Of a stretch of DNA of 64,000 bases, positions 39,301-49,928 are shown piece by piece (within the stretch, counting starts at the first letter, position 1; the number at the start of each line of letters is the position of its first letter). The stretch spans positions 1,922,001 through 1,986,000 of the forward strand of contig NEEC01000007.1 of the NCBI GenBank assembly GCA_002189035.1, in the 5' to 3' direction. The notes below the pieces were generated by a model, which saw only the letters and a list, made by a program, of their open reading frames with translations, did no database searches and was not told the DNA's origin. This DNA comes from Utricularia gibba. Taxonomy: Eukaryota; Plantae; Magnoliophyta. The position numbers and the translations under genes were made by a program.

Positions 39301-40114
39301 TTCTTAAGATTGCTAGATTACTCTGTAGCGAATGCATGAACGGAAAGCGGCTCTTATGGGTGGAGGCAATTTTGTGGTTCCCGCTCAAACCATCACTGAT
39401 TTTCTGAACGAGAAATTGTCAGGTTCGTCGCACTCGGGCTTCTCCTTTCGTTGCTCATACGATTAAACTCCCCCAAACCCTTCAGTCACCTGATCATTGT
39501 ATTCCCTTCTCCCCCCGGTTTGGCTCCCCGCCAATGAAGCAAGAGGCTGATCTCTGATCTGTTTTGTTTCACAGTATTATCTTTGCCGTCTTCAAGCTAT
39601 CGACTAGGTGTCAAGGCCGCGAATCTCCACGAGTTGTTTCCATCCGATATCACCGAAGCATTGCAGCATGCAATCGCCATGTTCGACAAGGAGGTAACTA
39701 ACTTCTCCCCTTTCCATTCACCCCAGAATGCCACGTTCGTAACCATCCATCCCTTCCTGCAGTTGCCTGGATTCATCTCAAGCAGCGGCCTTGTTCACGG
39801 GGTTGAGGTGCTTCCAACTCCTTGCTCGTTTTCCTTAGAATTTGGATATCTGTGTAAACATTTGCTGTTTGTGTGTGTAGACAAGGACGAGCTCCCCTAT
39901 CCAGATAACGCGTTCAAGCGACACATGGGAGAGCACCTCCCTGAGAGGGCTGTACCCCGTCGGTGAAGGTGCGGGGTATGCCGGCGGGATAGTGAGCGCC
40001 GCCGTCGATGGGATGTACGCCGGCTTTGCGGTTGCGAGGAATCTCGGCCTCGTAGATCGGACAATCGATTCAGTGTTCGGAAGCTCCCATATTGATGGGC
40101 GTGTAAAATACTGA
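36301..40114 (+). CDS. Plastid FAD/NAD(P)-binding oxidoreductase (PDE327/At4g30720-like), multi-exon, intact
   Basis: Transit peptide, GxGxxG (VMVVGSGPSGLFA), GEGGAGTWSDGKL, KPHLGTDRL, GHSARD, FCMCPGGQVV, ETRTSSP and YPVGEGAGYAGGIVSAAVDG. TGA at 40112-40114. Confidence 0.85.
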
Positions 40115-40356
40115 CCGAGGGATCCATTAAGCGGAAGGGTATTTTGGTCAATACACAAATTGAAGGGTAGTTTGGTCCGGGCTCGGACTCTTCTGGGCGG
40201 GGCTCGGCATAGGGCTGGATTGTGTTTGCGTTGGGCGTATTGGGCAGGGCTAGATTGCGGCTGAGCTGGGACTACTCTGTGCTGGCCTGGAATAAGTTCT
40301 TTCGGCTTTGATTTGAGTTGCGGTGTGCCGGGAATTCTCGATTCGTCTCATTCACT

Positions 40357-41924
40357 ATGGCAACGGCAACCTACCCGCCGCCGCCACCTTTCTACAAGCT
40401 GTACAAGGATTACTCCGAGGATGCCGACTCCGCTCCGCCTCCACCGCCTCCTATCGAAGGATCTTATGTTCTCTATGGCACCAATTACACGGTATCTGTT
40501 TTCTCTTGGCTGCGATTAGGGTAGTCGGAATGATTTTTCTCCTTTCTGCAATATTTTTTTGCTGTTGCCTTTTAGGAAGACTGAGATCGAACTAGTTAGT
40601 AACTAGCAAAATTTTTGTCCATTCTGGGAAAATTTAGCCGTGACCAATTGCACTTCGAGAGGAGCAGAAATTAATATGGAGCAGTATGTCTAAGCTTGCT
40701 CTTGATTGTGCTTCTTCTTAGGAATTTATTCGATTCAAGAATTTAATAAACTTACGTGGGTAAAACTTCCGCTAACCAGGTTTTAGTTAGAATGCTACCA
40801 TCTTGCCGCGTAGTCAGTTTTTTCAGACATGAAACTTGTTGAGAATGTGCTGTGTTCATGGTTCTAAATTGAGGTCACATGTGCTTTGTAGACTGATGAT
40901 GTGGTGCCTGGCCTGGAAGAACAAGGAGTCACTCAACTATACCCAAAGGGACCTAATACTGGTAGCGTTTTTAGCTTTTTTCTGTTTTCCAAACATCTAA
41001 CTTTTGCCATCCTCACTGCTTTTGTCATCCTTTTGCCACATTGAAAACTTTCACTTAGCTTTCTTTTTATATTACCTGGTGACTATGAACTCATGTGTGG
41101 AGTCCCTATGGTTGCCTTACTCTTGGATACATTGTGCATGCATATATCTTGTATACTGTGCAATCACCTAAACAAAATACCCTTTTTATAAAAAGAATGC
41201 TACGTATCTTATATCTTGTTGGCCGCATCGGATTCACGACATATTAATGTGTATATCATCTTTATGAATCTTTTTGCTTAAGGTTCTATCAAATGCTTTT
41301 GTTCACTAGTTCTATTTTATGTTTCTCATCTATTTGAACTTGATTTGTTTCCCTTAAAGGTAGTGCTCCAATTTATGACCTACTTGTGTGGTTGCATTCT
41401 CACTATTTTTTTATAGACTTCAAGAAAGAGCTGAAGTCACTTAACAGAGAATTGCAACTGTATCTGCTGGAGATGGCTGATGTTCTTGTAGAACGCCCTT
41501 CTCAATATGCTCGCAGAGTTGAGGACATATCTCTCATATTCAAGAACTTGCATCACCTTCTGAATTCTCTCCGTCCTCATCAGGTTACACATCTCACGTT
41601 TTTCGTCAACTCCATTAGAAGAGCCAGAGGTTGCCATTGACGAATTTCTCGTTCGTCTTCTCTCTCAGGCTAGAGCAACACTAATCCATATCCTAGAACT
41701 CCAGATAACACGGAGAAAGCAAGCTGTGGAGGATATCAAGAGGTATGATCACTGACTTTACATGTGCTTTAGATCCCCAGCTTAAATGTCTTTTTCTCAA
41801 GTTCTCAAGGTTTCGGTTCCATTTCATTCCTTGGTATGCTACTTGAATCGCGTTGGTGAACAGGAGAAGACAAGAAGCACAACGACTTCTCAGGGAAGCA
41901 CTTGGAACACTTGAAGGGCAGTAG
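40357..41924 (+). CDS. MED7: Mediator subunit 7, 5 exons
   Basis: MATATYPPPPPFYKLY, LEEQGV.QLYP, DFKKELKSLNREL, NLHHLLNSLRPHQARATLIHILELQ; TAG at 41922-41924. Confidence 0.92.
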
Positions 41925-42388
41925 CCATTCTGCTTATAGCATTTGCAGTGTAGCCTTTATTTCCTCTTGATAGCGTTGCTGTCTGCTGTATCAGAATGAG
42001 GCTTTCTAGAGGCCTTGTGCTTTTTTGTAGATTGATTATCAAACGAATCACATTGTAAAGTTTTCATACATTTTGCAGAAAATTGTTCTATTCATGATGT
42101 CAAACCTATGATGTTATTTGTTTTGAATATTAAATTTTAATTTATAAAGTTAATATATGTATTTGTATTTTTAAAAGAGTTAATTAAATATTTAATTTTT
42201 ATAATTTAATGTTTTTTTATTTTTTTTCAATGATAATATTCATTTTTCTTCGTTCTCTTGATAATCTTACTAGTACTTCAATCTATTAATTCATTTCCTT
42301 GTAGTTATAAAATTTATTTACGTAAATTCCGAAAATAAAACGTGAAAACGTTAAAATTTTCTAAATTCATTTCATGTTTTTCGCATGT

Positions 42389-42487
42389 CACGTGTCCTGC
42401 ACGTGGCTAGCTCTTCTAGAGACAACAATTTTATCCAGTAACCGCGAGGAGATAGAATGAGGTTTGCGGGCATGGAGATGTGATAAG
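42389..42487 (+). promoter_or_regulatory. Paired G-boxes plus I-box upstream of the PETs gene (light-responsive module)
   Basis: CACGTG at 42389-42394 and 42400-42405, GATAAG at 42482-42487, just upstream of the putative 5' UTR exon (intron ~42583-43053). Confidence 0.5.
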
Positions 42488-43098
42488 GATTTATAGCCCC
42501 AGCTTTCGTTCTCTGCCATTGGCGAAGTCCGACACAAGGACTGCACTTCACTCGACTTCAAACCCACAAGCCAACTTTCAAGGTTGATTGTTCTTTCCTT
42601 CTCTTGTTTCTTGTTTGTTGTTGCATAGACTCCATTTCGTTTTCCTGGTTTTTGTGTTTCATTCAGCCTATTTTTTGAATGCTCTTGTATTTGGGAGGCC
42701 GTTAGCTCATTGATTCTGATGCTGGGTATTTTCTTTTTTTTTTTAATCTTGTTTCGCCTTGTTCATGCTACTGGGGATGGCCGCATGATGGCATTGGTAC
42801 TTGCTCTTGGTTAACGATTGCTTGTCTGGAACACATAATATTAGAAGAATGTTCCCTTTATTTAATGAAGTTGGAAGAACACTTGATTAAGGGAATTTTT
42901 TGGTAGAGTATGCTAGGAGAATTTGATTGTGAAATACAGCTGAATATCATGGTCTTACCAATTTCTAGTCATTTCTTGTCGTTTTCTGTGTTGTTCTTTC
43001 TGGTGTTCTGTGTTTTTCTAGCTATCCCTCCTTTGATTATACCTGTTCTTCAGGTGGTCGGATGTATTGAGCACTTCAGTTGATGCACCGAACTTCAC

Positions 43099-46000
43099 AT
43101 GGCTCATACAATCCCAAATTCGACAGGGAACTTGTCTTCTCCTGGAGTTCCCTCTCTTACCAAGAACAACAACTTCCTATTGCGATACAACTTTACTTGC
43201 AAACTTCACAGGAAATTATTGCCTGCAGAAAGATTCAGACTGCCATTGTCTACTTCTCTTAAATTGTTTCCCCAGTTTCAGTCTGGATATATTTTACAGC
43301 CTAGGCGACAAATTTATAAGGAATTTGCTAGTGGGACTGATGTTGCTTTAGAGGAGGTAGAGGTCGAACAAGCCGATGTTGAAACTGAAAATGGTACAGA
43401 ATCAACGGGAGAAACATCTGAAAAACCAAAGGTTAACACGCCTAGTGTTAAACGTTCAAAAACTGTGAGGAAGAGCGATATGCCTCCGGTAAAGAATGAG
43501 GATCTTGTTCCTGGAGCTACTTTTAGTGGAAAAGTTAGATCCATCCAACCATTTGGTGCATTTGTAGACTTCGGAGCATTTACAGATGGGCTGGTACATG
43601 TTTCTCAGTTGAGCAACAGCTTTGTTAAAGATGTTGCTAATGTTGTTACTGTTGGACAAGAGGTGAAGGTAAGGCTATTAGAGGCTAACATGGATACTCG
43701 CCGAATTTCGTTAACCATGCGGGAGAATGATGATTCCAACAAACAGCAGCAACAAAGGAGTACTCCAGTGAATGGTGATAAATCCAGACCTCCCAGAAAG
43801 ACAGGTCCTAGAAGTACTCAGAAAAAAGAAGAAGTGAAGAAAGTCTCTAAGTTTGTTAAAGGGCAAGACCTTTTGGGAACTGTTAAGAATCTCACAAGGG
43901 CTGGTGCATTCATTTCTCTACCTGAAGGGGAGGAAGGTTTTCTGCCTACATCAGAGGAGGCAGATGAAGGATTCATGAGGATGACCATGGGTGGGTCTTC
44001 TCTTGAGATAGACCAAGAAGTTAATGTTCGTGTATTGCGTATCACAAGAGGGCAGATTACACTGACAATGAAAAAAGAGGAAGATGCTGCATATTTGGAT
44101 TCCAATCTCAATCAAGGTGTGGTGCATAAAGCAACTAATCCCTTTGCATTGGCATTCCGTAGTAACAAAGAAATCTCGTCATTCCTTGATGAAAGAAAAA
44201 AGAGTGATGAACCACATGAAGATGCCTCGAAGGAAGAAGAGTTAGCTTTGCAATCTGCAGACCTCCAAAGTGATAATGCCAACTTAAAAATTTCCGAAGG
44301 GGAGAGACAGCAGATGAAGTGGTGACTGGTGAGATAAGTTTAATAGATGGAACTTCTATAGCTGTAGATCCTAATCAAAATGATGAAACGGAAGTGGGGG
44401 AAACTGGCATTTCTATTGATGGATTCTTGTCACCAGAGACTGTCGTAGAGTCTACAGATGAGGTATCTTCTGATGCAACATCAACTGATAAAGAACAGGT
44501 AAATGAGGAACCTGCCCAATCAGAAGTAGAGGAAGAGGTAGGAGCCGATATATCAGCCCAAACCACCTTGACACCTGATATTTCTGGAGAGGGCATTGAA
44601 GTGGCTGCTCATGATTTATTATCTAAAATTGATGAAAACAATCAGGAGCTCGATTCAAAAGCTTCTTCAGAGAAGGAAGTTGCTTCTGACTCAGTCGAGG
44701 ATTCTTCCTTGGTCAATACTGAAAATGAAACTCTACCTGAGCCTCTAGTCTCTGAGACTGATGAGAAAGCTGTAGAGTTGAAGGTTGAAGATCAAAATGA
44801 GACTATTGAAAATTCATCTGATGCAATCCTTTCCACATCTTCTGATCTCAAGGAAGGTAATGCTGCAAACCCAACAATTGACCCCAGAATTTGTTTTTCA
44901 CATTTCTTCTTAGTAGTGTATGCCATCTATTCGAAATAAATGCAACTGGATTGTGTAAGTTTTTTTCAATTTCTGTGATCCCATGCATTGAAAACGACTG
45001 AAACTTTTGCAGAAAGTTCAGCTGATGGAGAAGTGACTGTTAGTGGTGTGTTAGAAAGCACAGAGCAGGCTGAAACAGTTACTGCCGATGTTCCTGAAGC
45101 AACACAAAAAGGTGTTTTTGTTTATATATTTCTATGCTTATTTGTTCGTGAAGTATGCCAGTATTTGTTTATAAAAATGAATGTGCAGTTTTCATCCTGA
45201 AACAGAATTGTTTTCTCTGTATTCTGTCTGAAGATTTCTAAATCATAGCATCCTTGCTTGCAGCTGCTGCTAGTTCTATATCACCAGCTCTTGTGAAACA
45301 GTTGCGCGAGGAAACTGGAGCAGGAATGATGGATTGTAAGAAAGCTCTATCAGAAACTGGAGGAGACATAGTTAAAGCTCAAGAGTACCTTCGTAAAAAG
45401 GGTTTAGCTAGTGCTGATAAGAAGGCCAGTAGGGCCACTGCTGAAGGAAGAATTGGCTCCTACATTCATGATAGCAGGATAGGTGTCCTTATCGAAGTTA
45501 ACTGTGAGACGGATTTTGTCTCTCGTGGTGATATCTTTAAGGAGCTTGCCGAAGACCTCGCCATGCAAGTTGCTGCATGCCCACAGGTTGAATATGTTAA
45601 CGTTGAAGATATTCCTGCAGAGATTGTTGAGAAAGAGAGGGAAATAGAAATGCAGAAGGAAGATCTTTTGTCAAAGCCCGAGCAGATACGATCAAAAATT
45701 GTTGATGGGCGTATCAGCAAGAGGCTGGGAGAGCTGGCTCTACTGGAACAGCCCTTCATTAAAGATGACAAGGTTTTGGTTAAAGACTGGGTAAAGCAGA
45801 CCATTTCGACCATTGGTGAGAACATGAAAGTCAAGAGATTCGTGCGGTACAACCTCGGTGAAGGTTTGGAGAAGAAGAAGGTTGATTTTGCAGCTGAGGT
45901 TGCTGCTCAAACTGCTGCTACAACAGTTCCCGCAGCACTTGTGAAACAAGACCCTGCACCTACAGAAACCACCGCAGCTATCGAAAGGTAACCCCACTGT

Positions 46001-46737
46001 AATTTTAAGCATAGAATAAGTGCAGAACTGATTCACCTCTTTTCTGTGTTGCTTGGTTGCTCTGTGTTGGCTTTCGCTCTCAATCATTCTAACATTGTTG
46101 TTGGCCCTTTTACAGCCCTGAAAAGGTTACAGTTTCCGCTGCTTTAGTTAAACAACTGCGAGAAGAAACCGGAGCAGGAATGATGGACTGCAAGAAAGCT
46201 CTTTCTGAAAGCGGAGGTGATTTCGAGAAGGCGCAGGAGTACCTCAGGAAAAAGGGTCTTTCCGCTGCTGACAAAAAGTCAAGCCGAATAGCTGCTGAAG
46301 GAAGAATCGGCTCCTACATTCATGACTCCCGGATTGGTGTTCTACTCGAAGTCAACTGTGAAACCGATTTTGTGGGTAGAAGTCAATCTTTCAAAGAACT
46401 TGTGGACGATCTCGCAATGCAAGCGGTGGCGTGCCCCCAAGTGCAGTATGTCTCCATTGAAGACATCCCTCAAAGCATTGTTGACAAAGAAAAGCAGCTG
46501 GAGATGCAGAGAGAAGATCTCCAGTCCAAGCCTGAGAACATACGAGAAAAGATTGTTGAAGGAAGAATAACCAAGAGGCTTGCAGAGCTTGCTCTCCTAG
46601 AGCAGCCTTTCATCAAGAATGATAGCCTTCTTGTGAAGGACTTGGTGAAGCAAACCGTTGCTGCTCTTGGAGAAAACATAAAAGTCCGGCGGTTCGCGCG
46701 GTTCACCCTCGGCGAGACGGCGAGAGCAGAAGCCTGA
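43099..46737 (+). CDS. PETs: Chloroplast polyprotein of EF-Ts (two S1 domains/PSRP-7 + two EF-Ts units; EMB2726-like), with one -1 frameshift at ~44302
   Basis: S1 domains ([26 protein letters not shown]; [24 protein letters not shown]), an acidic linker and two copies of [20 protein letters not shown]...EVNCETDFV. The linker reads GAA GGG GA GAG ACA, which shifts the frame. Confidence 0.92.
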
Positions 46738-46914
46738 GAAGCCATCGGGCAGTAGCAAATGGCGGCTCATGATGCAACAGGCAAGCGTTTAGAACTGAGT
46801 TGACACTGCACTGTATTCTTTTTGGAATGGTTCTAAATTTTCGAACGCGGAATAAAGTTGTCATCTTTACTTCACAAATGGAAGACGAGCGACTCCAATC
46901 TTCAACTGCTAACC

Positions 46915-47600
46915 TCACTCAGGTCGACCGGAGGACGACGTCGAGCTGAGCACGGCCTTTGCCTTCATCGATTTTCCGCTTTTCGAATCTGGTTTCAAGA
47001 TGGCGCCGTTAAATCTGGCGGACGTGAGGCGGGTAATTGTGTCCGGAATCCCCTGGTTTTGGGTCCAGAGCAATCTCTGGCCTGGGGAAGAACAGCAGCA
47101 CGCGTCTCTTTCCTTTCGATACCCTGGCGTCGGTAATTCCTTGTTTTTGCTGGCGTTTTTTGTCACGAGTTTTCTGGGATTCAATGGGGCGTTTCTTCCG
47201 AGGCTGAAGGGCTGCCGCCGAAGCAATATCGGCGGCGATGACGGAGATCCTTAACAAACCATCTCTGAAATTCTGGTACTCCTTGAGGCTGTTAATCAGC
47301 CCGTTTCATTCTTGGATCAATGGTTTTGTGGGTTTCATCTAGAACGCCATGTCTCGAGAATCAAACTTACCCAAATTCAAAACTGAAGTTTAAAACTTCT
47401 TCTCAGGTGAACGTCGTTCTTGCTTTCGATATTGGAATCATTCGCATGGAACGACGCTGGCTCAGTCGTTCTGAATTGCAGGAGCACCATCCTCCTCTAC
47501 TGCAACATGAAGTTCCAAGCTTTCAGGCCTCTAATGGTGTTCTGTGCTTTCTCTTCGATTTCGAAAACCGTTACAAAACTGTTCTTTGAAATCATGGGGG
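46915..47600 (-). other. Unexplained putative spliced minus-strand transcription unit
   Basis: Strong donor GG|GTAAGT at 47370, acceptors at 47289 (CTGATTAACAG) and 47250, a GC-rich segment with several overlapping 80-110 codon open frames, and a site II-rich promoter upstream. Confidence 0.35.
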
Positions 47601-47700
47601 AAAAAAAAAAAAGATCAAATTCCGCGCGAGTAGCAGCCAGCGCGTTACGCCAACTTTTCTTTCCTTTTTCTGCCCTTGGATCACAGAAAGATTCTGGTTT

Positions 47701-47868
47701 TGGGCCTGTCCGAATACATGCGTGTGGGCGTACTCCTGGGCCCACGCTAATGCCAGGCCCATGGGCCGGATGTACTGGCATTGATTCCCACCACTCATTT
47801 TTTTGTTATATAAGCCTCTGTTTTGATTTTCTCATTTCTCATTTCTCTGGAATCGAGAACTAGGGTTT
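47701..47868. promoter_or_regulatory. Site II (TGGGCY/GGCCCA) cluster plus telo-box; probably a bidirectional promoter
   Basis: TGGGCC at 47701, TGGGCCCA at ~47738, GGCCCATGGGCC at ~47756-47767, TAGGGTTT at 47861-47868. This combination is typical of translation/ribosome-biogenesis and snoRNA host genes. Confidence 0.65.
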
Positions 47869-47913
47869 CCTACGGTCTTCGCCGATCGTTTCAGATCCCT
47901 CCCGGTTCGGAAA

Positions 47914-48774
47914 ATGGCTAGTGGCGGTAACTTTATTAACAGAGTGATCTCCTACCTTGCGAACGAGCTCATCGTGAATGGGCTTTCCAACAAGTAATTT
48001 ATTTCTCATTGCTTCTAGTTTTGACAATGTTTTTGCGGTGCCGACCTAATTTGATGTCGCTGGAGTATGTGTGCGTTATGGCCGATGATGACTACCGTAG
48101 GCTTGTAATGATAGCATGGATGATGACGCATTTTTTATCGGTCTGAGGCTTATTCGTGAGGGCGTCACGTGCTTGTTTTTTGGGTGTTAGTGTTACTATT
48201 TTGTATGGATTTATCTTGAGGTTTGTTTAGTGTATCATATGACCTGGTTTGTGGTGGATTTTGTCGATGGATAATAGCACCCCATATATAAACAGTTTTT
48301 TTGTCTTGTTCCTAGCCCAAGATTTCAGGTTTTTGCCGTGAGGACTGCAAAGAGGCTGGAGGAACTTTCTAATTTGGGTATCTAGAAGCGTTTCCCGTTT
48401 GTCTGTAGTGCTATGTTCTCTTGATTGAGTTCTTACCTCTTTTTTATGCAGCTGCTGAGAAGAAAAAAGCACTCGCTGAGCAATTGAAGGATGCTTCTAA
48501 GAACTTTGAGGTGAGTGTCCATTATATCCAATGCGAATAAGCCATGCAACGAAACACTCTATGATGGTGCTATATGAACTCTCCACAAGGCCTGTCTTTT
48601 ATAATTGAAACCAAAAGCCATCTCCGCCCAAAAAAGGGCCAGATATGCACTCCGTCTACTTTTCGTTCCAAGAAAATGCACCACCACATCACTCATGCTT
48701 GTGTCTTGATTTTATCATATATAGTGATTACCAAGTTTGCAATTTGAATTTTGCAGTCATTCAAGAACCAGTGA
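47914..48774 (+). CDS. 72-aa conserved-looking microprotein, 4 exons (At5g01350-like from memory), snoRNA host gene
   Basis: Exons 47914-47993, 48316-48377, 48452-48510 and 48757-48774 (219 nt) give MASGGNFINRVISYLANELIVNGLSNNPRFQVFAVRTAKRLEELSNLAAEKKKALAEQLKDASKNFESFKNQ*. All introns are GT-AG and the frame is continuous. Confidence 0.85.
48081..48149 (+). ncRNA. Intronic box C/D snoRNA, probable 18S rRNA 2'-O-methylation guide
   Basis: Terminal stem GCC(48081-83)/GGC(48147-49), C box ATGATGA 48085-91, D' ATGA 48108-11, C' ATGATGA 48120-26, D box CTGA 48143-46. The D'-guide CGTAGGCTTG(T) is complementary to recalled plant 18S GCAAGCCUACG. Confidence 0.8.
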
Positions 48775-49802
48775 TGCTTGCCAGGCAGTCCTTCTCTTTG
48801 TTGTACAGTGGTTTGTATTTTGACTTAGATAAGGTGACAGGTTGAGCTCCATGATTGTACTCGTGTTTGTGAGCCTATATCATCCGCAGACAAACATACA
48901 CTCATGTCATCTTGTTTCCTTCTGAACAGTATAACCAAATAATTGTTCATCTTCCAGCAAGCAAATCATCTGTTGAGTTTTTTTTTCCTTGGAGCATGAT
49001 CATCATCTATCATGTATCACCGCGTCGTAGGCTAACACGATCATGACTGCACTTCAACTTACGGAAACAGCTGGACATGTTTACTGAATTCCCCTACGTA
49101 TGCTTCATCACTTCATTGTGCCATACTGTCCGTGTTCTGCTGGAGCAGGTTCATGCTCGATTATCCTGCTGGGTTCGCCACCTGATGCCCATGGAATCAA
49201 GCATCGTGAGCCATCCAAGTGTTTATTTTCTTTCTTTCAAGGAAGCGGCCACGTTGAGTATTTGGTGCCTGGCATCCGACTCTTGTTGCTGAAGTATTTT
49301 AGGTAGCTTACCAGTTATTTTGGCGATGAGAATTTAATATGCGATGCTTTATTCGGATAGGGGTGCTCGTTAGGAAGAAGGTTCCATATGATGCGTACTG
49401 CTACGCGCTTTCACAACCATGTTTTTAAAAAATGAATAGTTATTTAATTTTATTTCTAAAAAATATTTTTTTTATCAAAATTAATAATTAAATTATTATA
49501 ATTATGAAAATTAGCCATGAAAAATAAATGGCTTCGGGTAAACGCGCAATGGTCGTAATGCATTTATTTATGAAAATTTAATGTAATACAGAAATATAAA
49601 TTAAGGTTATGAATGATTATGTTTCTTAAAAAGTTATTTATTTTTAACATTTTTCAAAAATAATAAATGTTTTTAAATTATAATTTTTTAAGTTAATATC
49701 CGACGTGGATTAAAAAAGGAAGGGAATACATAAGCGAATGTTTTTGTTCTCCTGTGCTACGTCACTCTTATCCGTAGAATTAAATAAAAAGTGCCCTGCC
49801 CT

Positions 49803-49823
49803 CCCCCCCCCCCCCCCCCCCCC
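49803..49823. repeat. C21 homopolymer just upstream of AMP deaminase
   Basis: 21 consecutive C residues about 105 bp before the ATG at 49929. Confidence 0.9.
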
Positions 49824-49928
49824 AGTCGCCATCCTAATCACCACTGGGGTTTATTGGCATCCGGCAGCCCATCTCCTGTCCTGCCCCTGCCGACGCAGAC
49901 GACGTTTCCCTCCCTACTCTCTCACGCC

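Noticed and set aside
5022-41924. Two Mediator subunits (MED15a, MED7) in one window as a functional cluster
   Set aside because: They are 30 kb and many unrelated genes apart, which is expected by chance at this gene density.
48990-49095. Second snoRNA-like stretch (ATGATCA...CGTAGGCT...CTGA)
   Set aside because: The C box is imperfect, there is no terminal stem or well-placed D'/C' pair, and the shared 8-mer is likely chance.
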